Source: Candidatus Bathyarchaeia archaeon (lineage in GTDB: Archaea > Thermoproteota > Bathyarchaeia > Bathyarchaeales > Bathycorpusculaceae). From it: a stretch of 64,000 bases of DNA. The notes under the pieces are model-generated. The model saw only the letters and a list, made by a program, of their open reading frames with translations. It ran no database searches and was not told where the DNA came from. The stretch spans positions 32,001 to 96,000 of the forward strand of contig JBEKSS010000004.1 of NCBI GenBank assembly GCA_049516875.1, given 5' to 3'. This document shows, one piece after another, positions 60,885 to 64,000 of the stretch. A program made the translations under genes and the position numbers. The stretch's first letter is position 1. Each line of letters begins with the position of its first letter.

Positions 60885-61499
60885 TTGTCAAACGTGATTC
60901 TCAAAAGAGAATTCTATGAGCGAGACACGTTGACTGTTGCAAAGGAGCTTCTTGGGAAACTCCTTGTTCGTGAAACAAAAGTAGGAACTACCATCGGCAA
61001 AATCGTTGAGACGGAGGCGTATGAGGGACCAGAGGATAAGGCATCGCATGCTTACAACAATCTCTGCACAGAGAGGACGGAAGTTCAATACGGACCAAAG
61101 GGACATGCATACGTCTATCAGATTTACGGGATATACCTTTGTTTTGACGTTACAAGTGGAAGACTTGTTGGAAAACCCGAAGCAATCCTGGTGAGAGCCT
61201 TAGAGTCAATGGAAGGCTTGGGAGTCATGATGAGTCGAAGAGGAGTCTCCAACGGTCAGATCGCCAATTTGACCGCCGGTCCAGGCAAGCTTTGCGCGGC
61301 TATGGGCATATCGAAAAAACAAAACGGTGTAGATTTGTGCGTTCCACCGTTGCGCATTGAAACCGGCGGTACAGGTGATGAAAGACAGATAGTTCAAACG
61401 GGAAGGGTCAATGTAGACTATGCCGATAAATGGAAGTATTTACCCTGGAGATTCTTCATAAAAAACAATGCTTGTATCAAGGCCAAACTAGCATGTTAA
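60885..61499 (+). CDS. mpg: 3-methyladenine DNA glycosylase
   Basis: IVETEAY, D.ASH, YVY.IYG, ILVRALE, GPGKLC, WRF. Confidence 0.92.
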   Translation: MSNVILKREFYERDTLTVAKELLGKLLVRETKVGTTIGKIVETEAYEGPEDKASHAYNNLCTERTEVQYGPKGHAYVYQIYGIYLCFDVTSGRLVGKPEAILVRALESMEGLGVMMSRRGVSNGQIANLTAGPGKLCAAMGISKKQNGVDLCVPPLRIETGGTGDERQIVQTGRVNVDYADKWKYLPWRFFIKNNACIKAKLAC

Positions 61500-61569
61500 A
61501 GGCACGCCATGAAACCGAAAATTCGGCCGATGCACCCACCAAGGAAGCTCGAGGTAAGCCTGAAATTTT

Positions 61570-61685
61570 TGGTGCTCCGGCCGGGATTTGGACCCGGGTC
61601 CGCGGCTATCTCCCAGTTTTCTGGCGTCGAGAGGCCGCTATACATGGCCCTTTCATGAAGTTTGACCGGACTATACTACCGGAGC
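61570..61685 (-). tRNA. tRNA-Glu(CTC) with two BHB introns (61644-61661 at 21/22; 61608-61627 at 37/38) and encoded CCA
   Basis: Spliced sequence GCTCCGGTAGTATAGTCCGGTCAA|GTATAGCGGCCTCTCG|AGCCGCGGACCCGGGTCCAAATCCCGGCCGGAGCACCA folds into a cloverleaf. Confidence 0.92.
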
Positions 61686-61827
61686 ATTGAAACATTGGTT
61701 TTCTCTTAAGGATAAATATCTTTTGACATGTTTGGGATTGCGGGAACATGCTTCGCAGAAACAGCGATACACTTCGCTTTTCCAGATAAACACTTGCCTT
61801 GTACTTTCGGGAGCTTCGAGTTGTCAC

Positions 61828-62067
61828 TCATTCTCTGACTGGAGGTGGAATAGCAATTAGAGTCTGAGTTCCACGCACGCCCTTAAGGTGCTGGATCTTC
61901 TCTATTATCTTCCCAAGATCCTCAATCTTGGGAAAACTCAGTAAAGCCACCACGTCAAACTGCCCTGTCACCGCGTGTGCCATTTTTACACCTTCGATCT
62001 TGAGCGTGGCCTCTGCAATATTCCAAAGTGCATTGGCCTCTGTGTTCATAAGAATGTAAGCTTCCAA
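61828..62067 (-). CDS. Stand-alone Lrp/AsnC ligand-binding domain protein
   Basis: AYILMN, VTGQFDVV, GVRGTQT. Confidence 0.9.
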   Translation of the reverse strand: MEAYILMNTEANALWNIAEATLKIEGVKMAHAVTGQFDVVALLSFPKIEDLGKIIEKIQHLKGVRGTQTLIAIPPPVRE

Positions 62068-62465
62068 ACAGATTCCTTCAGCTGGTTATGTTGTCAATTT
62101 GCGCATAAAAAACTTGGGATGCAATACGCCAAGTTCTGGAACAATGCTTTAACAGAAAGTTGGCTGATAGCAAGGGCAACGGTTTTCTATTTCATTACTT
62201 CCTTAGATAGACAAGGCGAATCTCCAACCTAATCAGCTACGACGGTTCTGAAGCTACTGACATTTTTTCGTAAGCCCTTTATGGCTTAATTCGATGCCCG
62301 CAGTTACTTGCACCTAAATTTGCAGCTTTTCCATTGCTAATGCAAAAACCTGAATTTCCCGAGGAGAAAGTTGTAGTCTTCGGTCGCATGAAAAGCGGTC
62401 GCCATATGAAAAATGGAGACAAATTGCCGGACTCATGATAAAGAAGAAAAGATTAGAGCGCATTT

Positions 62466-62933
62466 TTACCGTGGTTTTTCTGAAGCGTTATCAATCTGTA
62501 GTTCTCTGACTCTTGTTTCGATGAATTCGGTGACTTTCTTCTGGTTGTACTCCTTTTCTTCCTGCTGCTTTTTCAGTTGTTCTTTGATTGTTTCCAGAAT
62601 CTTGCAAATTTCAAATGGCTTCAGCATATAGCCGTCTGCCTTGTTGTTTACAGCTTCTATAGCGTTCTGGATCGATGGAAACCCTGTTATGATAATTTTT
62701 CTCATTCGGGGCACGGTTTCTTTCAACTTTGCGAGAAGCGTCACCCCTTCAATGTCTGGAAGACGCACATCTATCAGTGCAAGATTGTAAAACTTCGCGG
62801 TAGACTTTTCAATGGCTTCCTTTCCATTTTCCGCAGTGTCAACTACGTATCCTTCTTCTTCCAATATCGTTGACAAGATTTTTCTTATGCTTTCGTCATC
62901 GTCGACGATAAGGATTCTGGTACGTTCACCCAA
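62466..62933 (-). CDS. Response regulator receiver protein
   Basis: [25 protein letters not shown]. Confidence 0.93.
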   Translation of the reverse strand: MGERTRILIVDDDESIRKILSTILEEEGYVVDTAENGKEAIEKSTAKFYNLALIDVRLPDIEGVTLLAKLKETVPRMRKIIITGFPSIQNAIEAVNNKADGYMLKPFEICKILETIKEQLKKQQEEKEYNQKKVTEFIETRVRELQIDNASEKPR

Positions 62934-64000
62934 ACTTCCTCACCCTCTTCAACTTTCGGCTCGATCGGAACGGTTATGGTGAAGGTTGTACCCTTCCCAA
63001 CAGTGCTTTCGACAGAGATTTTGCCCCCGTGAGCTTCAACAATGCGCTTGCAAATTGGCAAACCAAAACCCATTCCTTTAGCTTTTGTCGTGAAAAGCGG
63101 TCTCCAAAGCTTGTCCAGCACTTGTTTTGACATTCCGACTCCAGTATCAGAAAAGGCAATTTGGACGTTGGCGTTGACCCTTCTGCTTCTTATCGTCAAC
63201 GTACCGCCTATAGGCATAGCGTCAAACGCGTTCTTGATCATGTTGGCGAAAGTCCTCTTCATCTTTTCAACATCAGCCTTCATCCGAGGTTTGTTCTTCG
63301 TTAAGTTCACTACTCGAATGTTTTCTGGAACTGTCACAAGCGACAAGGTTTCTCGTATTATTGATTTTGGAGTGGTGCGGATCAATTCCAACTTGAGTTC
63401 TCTTGAGTATTCCAGAAGGTCGTTTATGATCTTGTTCGAATATTCTATGTCTTTCTCAATAATCTTCAACATCTCTTTTGCTTTGAAGTCCATTCTTTTG
63501 CCAAACTTCGTTTTCAAATAGTAGGCTGCACCTGTGATGCCGGTCAGCGGATTGCGCAGATCATGACCAATCATAGCGGCCAGTTCGCCTATGGCGGCAA
63601 GTCTTTCAGACTTGAAAAGTTGCTGTTCCATTTGTTTACGAGCAGTTATGTCTTTAGTCATTGCCACAAATCCCATTGCTTTGCCAGAAGCGTCTTTGAT
63701 GACGGTTGCAGAGAGTTCAGCGGGAAATTCGCGACCGTCTTTGGTTACAAACGCGTATTCGACATTCTTTATTGATCCTTGCTCAAATGCTTTCTTCATG
63801 TTCTCAATGGCTTTCTGGCGGTCTTTATTTGAAATTAGCACGAGAGCGCTTTTGCCGATGAGTTCTTTTTTCGAAGAATAGCCGTGCATTTTCACTGACT
63901 GCTCATTGCATTCAATGATCTTCCCTTCCGAGTCGGCTGCTATGATGGCATCCGGCGAAGCAGCAAATATGCTTCTCAGTTTCTCTTCGCTTTCCTTCAA
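62885..64000 (-). CDS. PAS histidine kinase (5' end beyond window)
   Basis: [31 protein letters not shown]. Confidence 0.93.
   Translation of the reverse strand: MKESEEKLRSIFAASPDAIIAADSEGKIIECNEQSVKMHGYSSKKELIGKSALVLISNKDRQKAIENMKKAFEQGSIKNVEYAFVTKDGREFPAELSATVIKDASGKAMGFVAMTKDITARKQMEQQLFKSERLAAIGELAAMIGHDLRNPLTGITGAAYYLKTKFGKRMDFKAKEMLKIIEKDIEYSNKIINDLLEYSRELKLELIRTTPKSIIRETLSLVTVPENIRVVNLTKNKPRMKADVEKMKRTFANMIKNAFDAMPIGGTLTIRSRRVNANVQIAFSDTGVGMSKQVLDKLWRPLFTTKAKGMGFGLPICKRIVEAHGGKISVESTVGKGTTFTITVPIEPKVEEGEEVWVNVPESLSSTMTKA

Noticed and set aside
420-63881. Numerous short antisense or alternate-frame ORFs in the track
   Set aside because: They overlap well-supported genes and show no recognisable motifs.

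Overview
Archaeal genomic window, most consistent with Bathyarchaeia. This is inferred from the archaeal-type ThrRS/ProRS, a tRNA-Glu with two BHB introns, AORs, DUF5752 proteins and PAS kinases. Three zones: (1) 1-7.7 kb, a translationally coupled DISARM-like defence operon (SNF2 helicase, N6-adenine MTase, DEAH helicase truncated by the window edge); (2) ~8-36.5 kb, a mosaic accessory region of unrelated single genes, small operons, gene fragments (terminase, tldD/pmbA) and tRNA 3' scars; (3) ~37-64 kb, mostly housekeeping and amino-acid metabolism. The strongest unexplained signal is in zone 2. Most gene modules between 8.3 and 27.3 kb are delimited by a (GC)3-5 + TA(G/A)-type motif, which often forms the ends of 50-215 bp imperfect palindromes with unrelated interiors. 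The motif also sits at the breakpoints of truncated genes, suggesting an attC/REPIN-like gene-shuffling system. No recombinase or transposase is visible in the window. A second dispersed repeat family built from ACTCAA/TTGAGT boxes occurs three times. All calls were made by eye from motifs; no database searches were run.
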